The notes beneath the pieces were generated by a model that was given only the letters and a program-made list of their open reading frames with translations, searched no databases and was not told the DNA's origin. A stretch of 64,000 nucleotides of DNA from Octopus sinensis (Eukaryota), in the NCBI RefSeq assembly GCF_006345805.1, contig NC_042999.1, positions 42,408,001-42,472,000 on the forward strand. Reading direction: 5' to 3'. Below are positions 25,505 through 39,802 of the stretch, in pieces; within the stretch, counting starts at the first letter, position 1; each line of letters starts with the position of its first letter. The position numbers and the translations under genes were made by a program.

Positions 25505-25895
25505 ATGGGATGGAAGCACTCCATCGGTTACGATGACGAGGGTTCCGGTTGATCCGATCAATGGAACAGCCAGCTCGTGAAATTAACGTGTAAGTGGCTG
25601 AGCACTCCACAGACACGTGTACCCTTAACGTAGTTCTCGGGGATATTCAGCGTGACACAGAGAGTGACAAGGCCGGCCCCTTTGAAATACAGGTACAACA
25701 GAAACAGGAAGTAAGAGTGAGAGAAAGTTGTGGTGAAAGAGTACAGCAGGGATCACTAGCACCCCCTGCCGGAGCCTTGTGGAGCTTTAGGTGTTTTCGC
25801 TCAATAAACACTCACAACGCCCGGTCTGGGAATCGAAACCGCAATCCTACGACCGCGAGTCCACTGTCCTAACCACTGGGCCATTGCACCTCCGA
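25505..25895 (-). mobile_element. tRNA-derived SINE family B (tRNA-Arg-like head)
   Basis: Head ggaggtgcaatggcccagtggttaggacagtggactcgcggtc; near-identical to 57843-58230. Confidence 0.85.
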
Positions 25896-26184
25896 ACCTA
25901 CACCTATATAATGTGAGTGTGTATATGTGTATGTACATCAGTCTAAACCAGTGTTTCTCAATCATTTGTTTCTATGGACCCCTTTAGCCATTCAATATTT
26001 AAAAAATCATATATTTTTATCATTAAATATTATTAGGAATTTTATAAAAATATTTAACATATTTAGTGTATTGTAGAAGTATAACAAGGTTATTGCAGAT
26101 AAATTTTAACGACAAAATCTTATATGGATCTCATCTGAGAACCACTTGATCTAATGTAATATAACGATAAATGATAAATGTCAC

Positions 26185-26485
26185 CCTTTTCAAGCCTAGC
26201 CAGGCTCATGGGCCCAGTTTCCCGGTTTCTGTGGCATATGTGATCCCTGCAAGCTGGACAGGACACCAGTCCATCACAGCATTACTCAAAAAACAGGAAG
26301 AGAGAGTGAGAGAAAGTTGTGGCTAAAGAGTACAACAGGGGTTGCCACCACCCCCTGCCGGAGCCTTGTCAAACTTTTAGGTGTTTTCGCTCCATAAACA
26401 CACACAACACCTGGTCTGGGAATTGAAACCGCGATCCTCCGACTACAAATCCGCTGCCCTAACCACTGGACCATTGCACCTCCAC
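26185..26485 (-). mobile_element. Mosaic SINE: family B head plus family C tail
   Basis: B head and body, then ...gaaaccgggaaactgggcccatgagcctggctaggcttgaaaagggtg. Confidence 0.7.
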
Positions 26486-27454
26486 AAATAATGTAATGTA
26501 CATTTAAAAACATAAAATGATGCAATTATAGCATTGAAAAATCCCTCAGATTTCGGAATACGTATCTCCATCCTTCTCACCAGTCTTAAAGGTCATTTGT
26601 AAAAGGTATTGAATCACAGATCATTTTCCTTTGACCATCAACAATGGCAAAAATTATAAGATTTATATTAAAAAAGAAACAACATAATACAATTTACTGA
26701 TAAGAAAATTCTGACAGAAATTTCTGTTTTATTCACAATAAAAGAAAAATATTGAAAAATTATTTATTTATTTATTTATCAGCAGGTTGTTGTTGTGATT
26801 ATTGCCACAACTTGTTATTTTTTTTCAATGTTTCTTTTTCATTATTGCTGTTCTTATTACAGTTGTTGAAGAAGACTATGTTATTTGCTCTCAGACAATT
26901 TTTTTCTAAAGTTAAATTACATTTCCTTCCTCTTTTCTATATTTCTAGTACACAATCTTTATTATCAGGAAGTAGACTTTTGTTTCACTTAATTAGCATA
27001 TAAAGTCAACCAAGTCTACACTAGAACACTATATAACACCTGCAGTCAGTATTTGAATTGAGGCTATCGTATTTGCCAGCGTATAAGACACAACTTTTAC
27101 TTTAAAAAAATACATTAAAATTTTACCCTGCATCAACATGTCTCCTCCACTCTTCAAACCACATAAAAAAAATCCCTTTTATTAAAATTTTTCTTTTCTC
27201 CTCCTTCACAATATACCCATGTACCTTAGGATGAATCATATGTAATGTAATGTTTATATAGTACTGTATATGGTATATCAGTTTTTATGGTTTATTAAAT
27301 TGAATATTTAGTGAATTATATCTCAAATCTCACCCCTATGAGTCTATAGGTTACAAATATTTCAGTTGTACATACATGCATTTAATCATACATACACTTA
27401 TTCACATGTGTAAACACGCAGACATATGAACATATTTCTTACATATATATATCA

Positions 27455-27665
27455 TCATCATCGTTGTCGTCATTTAATGTCCGTTTTCCATGCTAGCACA
27501 GGTTGGACGGTTTGACCAGGGTCTGGGAAGCCAGGAGGCTGCACCAGGCTCCAGTCTGATCTGGCAGATATATATCATCATCATCATAATCATTTAATGT
27601 CCATTTTCCATGCTGGCATGAGACAGTTTCCAAAGAACTGGTGTGCCAGAGAACTGCACCAAATT
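27455..27665 (-). mobile_element. Two stacked RTE 3' tails
   Basis: catttaatgtccgttttccatgctagca at 27472 and 27591. Confidence 0.7.
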
Positions 27666-28249
27666 CATGCTGATTAGCTCCTATATATATATATATACTT
27701 AGCATTTTGCTTTGTACCTTTTTCCAAAACACTGATGAGGTGTTTCAATTAGATGAAATAATCTCACACTAAATGATTGTAGAATACTGTCAGTTAATTT
27801 ACTGAAACATGTGTAAGTTATTTAAAGCTTATACCAAATGTTTCTTGTACTTTCTTAATATTTTATATATATGTAGAATATATGTATGTATATATATGTG
27901 TGTGAGTATGTATATATGTGTGTGCATGTGCATGCACGAGTGTGTGTGTATGTATGTATGTATGCATCTAAGTATTTATGTATATATATATAAAGTGTAG
28001 CTAAGTGGCTAAGAAGCTTGCTTCCCAACAATGTAAATTTCAGCTTTAGTCCCAGTGCATGGCACCTTGAGCAAGTGTCTTTTACAAAAGCTTATGGCTG
28101 ACCAATGTCTTATGAGAGAATTTGATAGGACAGAAACTGAAAAAATCTATTGTGTGTATATATACATATATGCATGCATGTGTGTGTGTGTGTGTATTTA
28201 TGTGTACCCTGGTCTTGACATCATGTAATAATGAATAAATAAATGCACC

Positions 28250-28490
28250 CTTTTAAAGCCTAGCCAGGCTCATGGGCCCAGTTTCCTGGTTTCAATGGTG
28301 TATGTGTTCCCCAGCTGGACAGGACGCCAGTCCATCGCAGCATTACTCATTTTTGCCAGCTGAGTGAACTGGAGCAACGTGAAATGAAGTGTTTTGCTCA
28401 AGAACACAACGCATCGCCCGGTCCAGGAATCGAAACCACAATCTTACGATCATGATGCTGACACCCTAACCACTAAGCCACACGCCTCCC
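28250..28490 (-). mobile_element. tRNA-derived SINE family C
   Basis: Head ggaggcgtgtggcttagtggttagggtgtcagc. Confidence 0.8.
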
Positions 28491-28568
28491 TTGATATCAT
28501 GTAATGATTATAAACAAGCATCACTGTTATCAAATCGAAGTTCATTTGAAGTCCTCCATAAAGAACAT

Positions 28569-28658
28569 GTCTGACCAAAGGTGAAAGATGGTCTGACCAA
28601 AGGTGAAAGATGGTCTGACCAAAGGTGAAGGATGGTCTGACCAAAGGTGAAGGATGGT
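28569..28658 (+). repeat. 22-bp tandem repeat x4
   Basis: gtctgaccaaaggtgaa(a/g)gatg. Confidence 0.9.
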
Positions 28659-29409
28659 GAGGTTAAGGGTATTAACCCATGCAAGCATGGAAAAGTGGAC
28701 ATTCAAATAATGATGATGGTGATAATGTCATTTATGTGTATAAGTGCGTATGTGTGTGTCTGTAATCTATACACTCATACACATATGCATTTATGTTCAT
28801 ATACATGTTATTCACATCATTGTAAAAGCATTGGAAAAAAGAGAGAACAGGACTGAAAGCATCACACAGTTTCTTCTCTCCTTCCATGACTACCTAATGG
28901 AAGAACTTCTACTTAATCCCTCAACTCACTTAATACAGCAGCCACATCTTGCAGAAGACACTCATTAGCACCTACAACACAAGAATGCCATAATACAATA
29001 TCTTCAAAGCTAAATCTTAGAGGAGAGACATCATGGTGTTACCTACTTAATAGTGGAAGGACAAGATTAGAAATACTGAGCATGCTTTGTTTATTTGTTC
29101 AACTCTACGTCTGAAGTCTTTGGAGAGTGTTTGTTCCATATGGTCATTCAATTTTCAAGTTTGGCTAGAAATAACAGCCAGTGTGATTTTCTTTGACCCT
29201 TTATCACTTAGATATGTAATACTTGTTTATTTCACATCGTTTTGAATTAATCATGCATTATCTCATAGATTTTAGATTTTAATGATGTGATTGTATATCT
29301 TTAAAATGATATTGTTGGGTAGGTGAGAGAGGCCAGATCTGGACAGTAGAATACTTTGGCTAGATACAGCTGGTTTAAATGCTAAAGGGTTAACCCACAT
29401 ATCATAAAG

Positions 29410-29670
29410 ACCCCTTTCAGGGGTCTTTCCAATGTGTGGGTTAGCCATGAGATTGCACCTAGAAAGTTCCCCTCCAAGATATAAGTCCAGGCAATGTTGT
29501 TTATGGAAGAACAGCAATCACCCATACATACTAGCCTTCCCTCTCCATGCCACCGAGCAACATGAAATGAAGTGCCTTGCTCTAGAACACAACACACAGC
29601 CTGGTCTGGGAATCGAACTCACTACCTCATCATTGTGAGTCTGATGCTCTAACCATTGAGCCATGCACCA
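29410..29670 (-). mobile_element. SINE with C-type head and alternative tail
   Basis: Homologous to 44890-45210. Confidence 0.65.
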
Positions 29671-30389
29671 CACATTATCATCTTAAATAATGAATGAAAT
29701 GTGCATCCAGATTAATGTACTCCTGAATGTATTGTATCTTAAAAATAAAGACAGAATGGTCGAAGTGGAGTTTGAAAACATATTTGATCAAAGATCTGTT
29801 TGACTGGGTCTGACCTGGGGCTAAACAAGAGTAACAAGTGTCTTTTTGAAGCATAACTGATTTGAATTACCCTTGATGAGCACAACACCAATACATAAAC
29901 ATTCACATATACAAATATATGCTTTTCTCATTGAATAAAAGTGGGACTTAGCCAGTAGAGAAAGGGCAGTGCATAAGACACTCTTCAAGGTCCTTAAGAC
30001 TTGTAGGACTAAGATATGGTCTACACACATGTAACAGAGAGTAGCCTTTACTAAAGGTACCTGTTGACCAGATGGTGGTATTAAACTGGACAACTGATAA
30101 AGTCAACCTCTCCAAAACAGGAACAGTCCTTCAGTTGGAATTCCACCTAACTACCACCAGCCAAACTTTAGCCGCAAGATATTGTTAGATCCAAAACTTT
30201 GGTTGAAGACATTTGCCTTAGGTGTGATTCAATGGAATCACACTAAACCACATAGTCGTTTAGCAAACACCTTCACCATCCAACTATACTGGTAGCCAGC
30301 CTACAGGTAAAAATGTAACAAAGCTGACAAGAGACTTATAAAAGCTACCATACCATTATATTAAATGTATGAAATTTAGATATGTATCT

Positions 30390-31105
30390 TATCTTTTATT
30401 TACTTCATTCATTGGACTGCAACCATGCTGGGCCAGAACATTGAAGGGTTAGTCAAACAAATTGACCCCAACACTTATATTTTAATTCTTGTACTTGTTT
30501 CATCGTGGAAGCACAATGGCCCAGTGGTTAGAGCAGTGGATTTGCAGTCGGAGGATCATGGTTTCGATTCTCAGACCAGGCGTTGTGTGTGTGTATTGAA
30601 TGAAAACACCTAAAAGCTCCACGAGGCTCCGGCAGGTGGGGGGGGGGGGCGACCTCTGTTGTACTCATTCGCCCCAACTTTATCTCACACATCCTTCCTG
30701 TTTTTTGAGTAATGCTGCGATGGACTGGCATCCCATCCAGCTGGGGAGGAACACATATGCCATAGAAACCAGGCCCATGAGCCTGACTAGGCTTGAAAAA
30801 GGCACATAATAAAATAACTTATTTCATCAGTCTCTTTTACTGAATTATTGAATTATGGGGATGTAAACAAACCAACACTAGTTGTCAAGTAAGGTTGGGA
30901 GGACAAACACGAAGACCCACATACATATGTATACATAAATACATATATACATATGCACACACGAGCTTCCACAGTTTTCATCTACCATGTCCACTCCCAA
31001 GGTATTGGTCAATACATAACTACAGTAGAAGACATTTTCCCAAGATGCCATGCGGACTGACCGAATCTGAAACTATGTGGTTGCAAAGCAAATGCCCTAA
31101 CCACA
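30390..31105 (-). mobile_element. SINE A interrupted by a B/C mosaic SINE (30511-30810, + strand)
   Basis: SINE A tail 30390-30480 and body/head 30820-31105 flank the inserted copy. Confidence 0.7.
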
Positions 31106-31410
31106 GAGCCGTGCCTACAGCTATAGTCATGATTTTCTTTTTCTTTTTTTGTTCTTTAACATTGATCTCATACAGAATGGCTGAGCAGGTTTCTAACAAA
31201 GAAATAAAGCTCCATCGTTGGAACAGTGAGAAACACATGTGCCAGGTTCTAGAGCCCTCTTGAGTCTGTGGTGAAAGCCATGGCTGGTTACTCTGAGTAA
31301 ACTGTTATCTCTCAACCATGATCTAATTTATAATTTACATTGTACTTTCTTTTCCTTTTACAAAAACTGTCAAATTTAGCCTGAACACCCTGTGTATATT
31401 TTCATACACA

Positions 31411-31474
<64 letters not shown>

Positions 31475-31478
<4 letters not shown>

Positions 31479-31780
31479 TAATCAATGAAATTTCAACTTC
31501 ATCTGATTTTCATATTTTATTATTTACAATGTTTACAATTTTATAATATTGAAATACAATAGTATTTTCATGCATTATGCAATCGTCAGGTTTATGTAGT
31601 GACAGTCATGTTCCACAACTGACAACAGTTATCAATTGTGAGACATGGCTATCCTTACATAAACCTGACGATTGCATATTGTATGAAAGTACTAGTTTAT
31701 TTCTATATTGTAAAATTTTTTAAAATTGTAAATAATAAAATGTGAAAATCAGACTAAGTTGGAATTTCATTGATTAATAT
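31475..31780. repeat. Fold-back element (~145-bp arms)
   Basis: atattaatcaatgaaatttcaac... versus ...gttggaatttcattgattaatat. Confidence 0.85.
31659..31700 (+). ncRNA. Minimal hammerhead ribozyme motif
   Basis: ATAAAC CTGACGA T TGCA TAT TGTA T GAAA GTAC TA / GTTTAT; palindromic stem III AGTACT, CUA triplet. Confidence 0.6.
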
Positions 31781-31799
31781 ATTCTTCTATACACAAACA

Positions 31800-32062
31800 T
31801 ATGTGCCGGTGGCACATAAAAAGCACCATCCGTTCGTGGCCGTTTGCCAGCTCTGTCTGGCACCAGTGCGGGTGGCACGTAAAAAGCACCCACTACACTC
31901 ACGGAGTGGTTGGCGTTAGGAAGGGCATCCAGCCATAGAAACACTGCCAGATTTGACTGGGCCTGATGAAGCCTTCTGGCTTCACAGACCCCAGTAGAAC
32001 CGTCCAACCCATGCTAGCATGGAAAACGGACGCTAAACGATGATGATGATGATGATGATGAT
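31800..32062 (+). mobile_element. RTE 3' UTR copy
   Basis: Near-identical to 9210-9460. Confidence 0.9.
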
Positions 32063-32064
32063 AT

Positions 32065-32246
32065 GAAGAGTGGCTGTGTGGTAAGTAGCTTGCTTATCAA
32101 CCACATGGTTCCGGGTTCAGTCCCACTGCATGGCATCCTGGGCAAGTGTCTTCTACTATAGCCTCGCGCCGATCAAAGCCTTGTGAGTGGATTTGGTAGA
32201 TGGAAACTGAAAGAAGCCCGTTGTATATATGTATATATATATATAT

Positions 32247-32300
<54 letters not shown>

Positions 32301-32500
32301 ATACGTTTGTGTGTCTATGTTTGTCCTCCCAACATCGCTTGACAACAAATGCTGGTGTGTTATGTCCCCGTAACTTAGCAGTTTGGCAAAAGAGACCGAT
32401 AGAATAAGTACTAGGCTTACAAAGAATAAGTCCAGGGGTAGATTTGCTCGACCGAAGGCGGTGCTCCAGCATGGCCACAGCCAAAGAGTAAAAGAGAGTT
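32065..32500 (+). mobile_element. SINE family A
   Basis: Full structure. Confidence 0.85.
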
Positions 32501-32727
32501 AAAAGAATAGAAAATGGAGATAAGGAGTTAATATATAACAAGCATGGTATAGATGGTGTAGAATAGTGCTCAAACAGGATGAGAATTTAAAATCCAAATC
32601 TTTCATCCTGGGCTGCTGCTGCTGGCATCCCAGTGAGAAACACATGTAAGCATAATGTGTGCATTTGTATTCCATGTAAAATATATGCATTAACCTTACT
32701 TGTGTTTTTGTACCATTCTACTAATAT

Positions 32728-33202
32728 ATAGGAGTGGCTGTGTGGTAAGTAGCTTTTTACCACATGGTTCCGGGTTCAGTCCTACTGCATGGCACCTTGG
32801 GCAAGTGTCTTCTACTATAGCCTTGGGCCGACCAAAGCCTTGTGAGTGGATTTCATCATCATCATTATCATCGTTTAACGTCCGTTTTCCATGCTAGCAT
32901 GGGTTGGACGGTTCAACCGGGGTCTGGGAAGCCAGAAGGCTGCACCAGGCTCCAGTCTGATCTGGCAGTGTTTCTACGGCTGGATGCCCTTCCTAACGCC
33001 AACCACTCCGTGAGTGTAGTTATTATTATTATTATTATTGTTATTATTATTATTCATTTTGTTCAACGTGTACAAGTACGTATGTGTTCAATATTGTTTT
33101 ATTCAATTTTAGAAAAACTGAAACATGTCATGGACAATTCTAGAACATATTGAATTTTGTGCATGACTTTTGGTAGATGGAAACTGAAAGAAGCCCATCG
33201 TA

Positions 33203-33248
<46 letters not shown>

Positions 33249-33472
33249 TGTGTGTGTTTGTGTGTCTGTGTTTGTCTGCCTAGCATTGCTTGACAACCGA
33301 TGCTGGTGTGTTTATGTCCCTGTTACTTAGCGGTTCGGCAAAAGAGATCGATAGAATAAGTACTGGGCTTACAAAAGAATAAGTCCTGGGGTCGAGTTGC
33401 TCGATTAAAGGTGGTGCTCCAGCATGGCCGCAGTCAAATGACTGAAACAAGTAAAAGAGTAAAGAGTAAAGA
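32728..33472 (+). mobile_element. SINE A split by an inverted RTE tail (32855-33020) and ~140 bp of other sequence
   Basis: Head 32728-32850; resumes at ttggtagatggaaactg near 33168. Confidence 0.75.
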
Positions 33473-33475
33473 GTA

Positions 33476-33515
<40 letters not shown>

Positions 33516-33564
33516 ACAAACAATTTAATTAGAGGATATGTAAACCTCATGAAGGGATGGTTGC

Positions 33565-34095
33565 ATCCAAGGAAATACTGGTTCAATACCTGGTATTGTT
33601 AGGAAATAAAATTCCCTTAAAACAACAGGTATGAATTAAGCATATAGTTTATATCCAGTTAAAAAAAGAGAAAAGAAAATGGAGATAAGGAAGTTAACGA
33701 TTATTTATTATTAACAAATTGGTCGCCTTTGCGTCTTACAGTCGTTTCAATTAATACTCAGTAATTTAATTACAAGTTTGTACATTAAATTTACATTTAT
33801 GTGACATGAGTATAATTTCATCAGAGGAAAAAAAAAAGCATCATGATCTTGTCACATAAATGTAAATTTAATGTACAAACTTGTAATTAAATTAGTGAGT
33901 ATTAATTGAAATGGCTGTAAGAAGCGAAGACGACCAATTTGTTAATATTGGATAATCGTTAACTTTCTTATCTCCATTTTCTTTTCTTTTTTTTTTAACT
34001 GGATATAAACTATATGCTTAATAAAAACCTATTCTTTTAAGGGAATTTCATTCCCTAACAATACCAGGTATTGAACCAGTATCTCCTTGGATGCC
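33565..34095. repeat. Fold-back element (~245-bp arms)
   Basis: gcatccaaggaaatactggttcaatacctgg... versus ...ccaggtattgaaccagtatctccttggatgc. Confidence 0.9.
33735..33826 (-). ncRNA. Hammerhead ribozyme motif with long stem II
   Basis: CT CTGATGA AATTATACTCA..TGAGTATTAATT GAAAC GACT GT A / AG; intact core, weak stem I. Confidence 0.6.
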
Positions 34096-34159
34096 TCATA
34101 AAGAGCACACATACTAGCACCACAGAAAACACCATGTATACCCTATAAAGTGGTTAATG

Positions 34160-34305
34160 TTAAGAAGTGCATCCAGCCATAGAGATCATGCAAAAACAGA
34201 TGTCTGGAGCCTAGTGCCACCCTCTGGGTTGCCAGCTCCTGCCAAACCATCCAACCCATACCAGCATAGCAAATGGTTGTTAGTTAGATGATGATGATGA
34301 TGACG
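34160..34305 (+). mobile_element. Degenerate RTE 3' tail
   Basis: gaagtgcatccagcc...ccatccaacccataccagcat...gatgatg. Confidence 0.65.
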
Positions 34306-34479
34306 ATACATATGTAAACATATATCTTCTATATATAGGTTATGAGAGGTAAGGGTGTCAGTGAGACCCAAAGGTGTCAGGTAATGCTGAATAAGTGCTA
34401 TGGATAGACCATAGTTAAGTTCCAGATTCAGTGATTATACAAATAAAGGGTCCAATTTAAGTCATATATCAGTGTGTGT

Positions 34480-34792
34480 ATATAAAAAAATATTTTTGTA
34501 ATGAGATAAAAAATCAAGGCTGTGCACATTTTAGAACATTTATAAATAGAAGGTCTAACAGCTGTTTCTAGGATATTTATTATATCCCTTCATTGGAGAT
34601 GGTGTGAGAAGATGGTTAAGCAGTAGTTAATTTCGTATCTTATCTAAATTAACTACTGCTTAACCATCTCACACCATCTCCGATGAAGGGGTATAATAAA
34701 TATCCTAGAAACAGCTGTAAGACCTATTTATAAATGTTCTAAAATCTACACAGCCTTGGATTTTTATCTCATTACGAAAAAAATTTTATATA
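34480..34792. repeat. Fold-back element (~150-bp arms) with hammerhead-like motif at 34677-34722
   Basis: TCT CCGATGA AGGGGTAT AATAA ATATCCT A GAAACAGCTGTA / AGA; U4 changed to C. Confidence 0.85.
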
Positions 34793-35400
34793 TATATTAC
34801 ATATTAGAACAAAAATCAAAATCAAGGCAGAAATGAGTATCTGAAGTCATATCCAGTGCACGGACATGCTAACCTACCACTTGTGTTATCTCAGAAACAG
34901 CTGTAAGATTTCAAATTCACATTACCCGAATTGAATTATTTGAAATTACTTGAGATATTCGTTCTGCCTTGGTTGTGATTTCTTTTTTCTCTAATAAAAT
35001 ATATACCTGCTATAACGGAATCCAAACACAGATCCTTAGATCCAGCCTTAGCTGTGATCTTGGAACCTAACAGTCGACCTACTATAGCACTTACACACAG
35101 TACCTATTTACTTAGATCACAAGTGAACTAAACCCCACCATATTCTATAGTCAGTCAGTTGATGGACTCCACTACCTCAAATGTTCTTAAAATTTAAATC
35201 CACATTTTTGTCTATGTATCTACCTTCTCTATAATGTTGCCACATGATATGAAAATTTTTGTATTAATGGAAAACCTCTATAATTGGCTGATGAGTGCTC
35301 AGCATTTTAATACTGTTGTAATACTTACAACATTTAATAAAATGATGTAGTACGAAACAATCGTACCAAATTACCGGAGTCATTCTTGTTGCTTATTTTG

Positions 35401-35444
<44 letters not shown>

Positions 35445-35599
35445 CACACACCACACACACACATATATATATATACATGTGTGTGTGTGGGGGTAGATAG
35501 ATAGATAGATATAAATATTATTTAAAACAATTTGATTTGGCTCCATATAACTGTTTTAAATAATAATACATGCAAGTCCTACTAAATGTGGAAGTGCCT

Positions 35600-36945
<1,346 letters not shown>

Positions 36946-37240
36946 TGTTCTTTTCCTTATCCTTGCACTATTACATGATGCATGTCACTGTCCTCTGTCT
37001 TTGAGTAACAAAAACTTGCAGTGAAAAGACTTACACAGCAATACACTCAGGTGTTACATTTGGAACTGGTATTTTGTTCTAACAGAGATGTGTACTATAA
37101 AATATTGGTTTTGGCATCAGCTGCTTGGCATTTGTCTCATTTATTTTCAGAACGCACTGGAAATAAAATTGATAGTTTGTCAATGAAAATATTTAAAAAA
37201 GAATAGCACAATGTGGTAAAAAAAACAACATATATATATG

Positions 37241-37271
<31 letters not shown>

Positions 37272-37281
<10 letters not shown>

Positions 37282-39213
37282 AGGGCTTAGTAAAATAAAT
37301 TACTTTGCCACATACTGAACTCATTAGAAATAGCAGCTAAAGAAATTTCTTCAGCTATTTCTAATACTTAAAGAAGATCTCTCTCAGATAGTGTTTGCCT
37401 AAACTAACTCACAAAAGTATGGGGGAAAAACATTAAAAAATCAAGTGCAAAGGTATTTGAGAACGTACGTTTCTAGATTAGTCAATTCGACATTTCTTTC
37501 TCAGCTCAGAATTCCTTGAATCGGATTTGGGAACACTGAAAGTCGGGAGCATACCCTTTCGGCTTCTAATCACCTCTAGAATTCTGCTCGAACTAAAAGT
37601 GCTATCAAATTCGAATATGCAAGCGAAGAATTTCTGCTCTCCCCTTTCACCAGCGTGGGTTTTAAAATTGACAAACACCATGTATTAACGGTGAAAACCG
37701 CAGTATTTAGCAGAGAGAGAGATGAATTATAATTCAACAATTGAGGGTAAAATTAATTAATTATTAATCAATTTCACCAAGTATTCAGTATGTAAAGGGA
37801 CCATTATAGGCGAATTCAAAATATTACATTATATATAAGGGCTTAGTAAAATAAATTATTTGCCACATACTGAACTCATTAGAAATAGCAGCTAAAGAAT
37901 TTCTTCAGCTATTTCTAATACTTAAAGAAGATCTCTCTCAGATAGTGTTTGCCTAAACTAACTCACAAAAGTATGGGGGAAAAAACATTAAAAAAATCAA
38001 GTGCAAAGGTTATTTGAGAACGTACGTTTCTAGATTAGTCAATTCGACATTTCTTTCTTCCACTCAGAATTCCTTGAATCGGATTTGGGAACACTGAAAG
38101 TTGGGAGCATACCCTTTCGGCTTCTAATCACCTCTAGAATTCTGCTCGGACTAAAAGTGCTATCAAATTCGAATATGCAAGCGAAGAATTTCTGCTCTCC
38201 CCTTTCCACCAGCGTGGGTTAAAATTGACAAACACCATGTATTAACGGTGAAAACCGCAGCATTTAGCAGAGAGAGATGAATTATAATTTCAACAATTGA
38301 GGGTAAAATTAATTAATTATTAATCAATTTCACCAAGTATTCAGTATGTAAAGGGACCATTATAGGCGAATTCAAAAATATACATTATATATAAGGGCTT
38401 AGTAAAATAAATTACTTTGCCACATACTGAGTTAGTTTAGGCAAACACTATCTGAGAGAGATCTTCTTAAGTATTAGAAATAGCTGAAGAAATTTCTTTA
38501 GCTGCTATTTCTAATGAGTTCAGTATGTGGCAAAGTAATTTATTTTACTAAGCCCTTATATATAATGTAATATTTTGAATTCGCCTATAATGGTCCCTTT
38601 ACATACTGAATACTTGGTGAAATTGATTAATAATTAATTAATTTTACCCTCAATTGTTGAAATTATAATTCATCTCTCTCTGCTAAATGCTGCGGTTTTC
38701 ACCGTTAATACATGGTGTTTGTCAATTTTAACCCACGCTGGTGGAAAGGGGAGAGCAGAAATTCTTCGCTTGCATATTCGAATTTGATAGCACTTTTAGT
38801 TCGAGCAGAATTCTAGAGGTGATTAGAAGCCGAAAGGGTATGCTCCCGACTTTCAGTGTTCCCAAATCCGATTCAAGGAATTCTGAGCTGAAGAAAGAAA
38901 TGTCGAATTGACTAATCTAGAAACGTACGTTCTCAAATAACCTTTGCACTTGATTTTTTATGTTTTTTCCCCCATACTTTTGTGAGTTAGTTTAGGCAAA
39001 CACTATCTGAGAGAGATCTTCTTTAAGTATTAGAAATAGCTGAAGAAATTTCTTTAGCTGCTATTTCTAATGAGTTCAGTATGTGGCAAAGTAATTATTT
39101 TACTAAGCCCTTATATATAATGTAATATTTTGAATTCGCCTATAATGGTCCCTTTACATACTGAATACTGGTGAAATTGATTAATAATTAATTAATTTTA
39201 CCCTCAATTGTTG

Positions 39214-39217
<4 letters not shown>
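37272..39217. repeat. ~556-bp tandem repeat array with internal inversion (Penelope pLTR/retrozyme-like)
   Basis: Forward units 37272-37827 and 37828-38383, partial 38384-38430; inverted partial 38428-38566, full 38567-39121, partial 39122-39217. Confidence 0.92.
38884..38935 (+). ncRNA. Minimal hammerhead ribozyme motif within the 556-bp unit
   Basis: TGAG CTGAAGA A AGA..GTC GAATT GAC..TCT A GAAAC GTAC GT T / CTCA; palindromic stem III AACGTACGTT. Confidence 0.6.
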
Positions 39218-39294
<77 letters not shown>

Positions 39295-39719
39295 GGCACC
39301 CTTGCCAACCCCCTTTGCTTGTGAGACATGTTGGGGCAAGCGAAATCGAAATCGAATTGAACCAGCCAGGATCCCTGGTCTGGTGGTACGTAAAAAGCAC
39401 TGGTACGTAAAAAGCACTATCCAACTCGTGGCCGATGCCAGCACCGCCCGTCTGGCTTCCGTGACCGGTGGCACATAAAATACACCAATCTGACCGTGGC
39501 CGTTGCCAGCCCCGCCTGGCACCTGTGCAGGTGGCACGTAAAAAGCAACCACTACACTCACGGAGTGGTTGGCGTTAGGAAGGGCATCCAGCTGTGAGAA
39601 ACATTGCCAAATTAGACTGGAGCCTGGTGCAGCCTTCTGGCTTCCCAGAACCCCGGTCGAACCGTCCAACCCATGCTAGCATGGAGAACGGACGTTAAAC
39701 GACGATGATGATGATGATG

Positions 39720-39720
<1 letters not shown>
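39295..39720 (+). mobile_element. RTE 3' UTR copy
   Basis: Homology to 8900-9460; ends in (GAT)n. Confidence 0.85.
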
Positions 39721-39752
<32 letters not shown>

Positions 39753-39767
39753 CACATATATACATAT

Positions 39768-39802
<35 letters not shown>

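Noticed and set aside
37478-37681. 67-aa ORF in the 556-bp repeat
   Set aside because: Frame is not preserved between units because of indels; no recognisable domain
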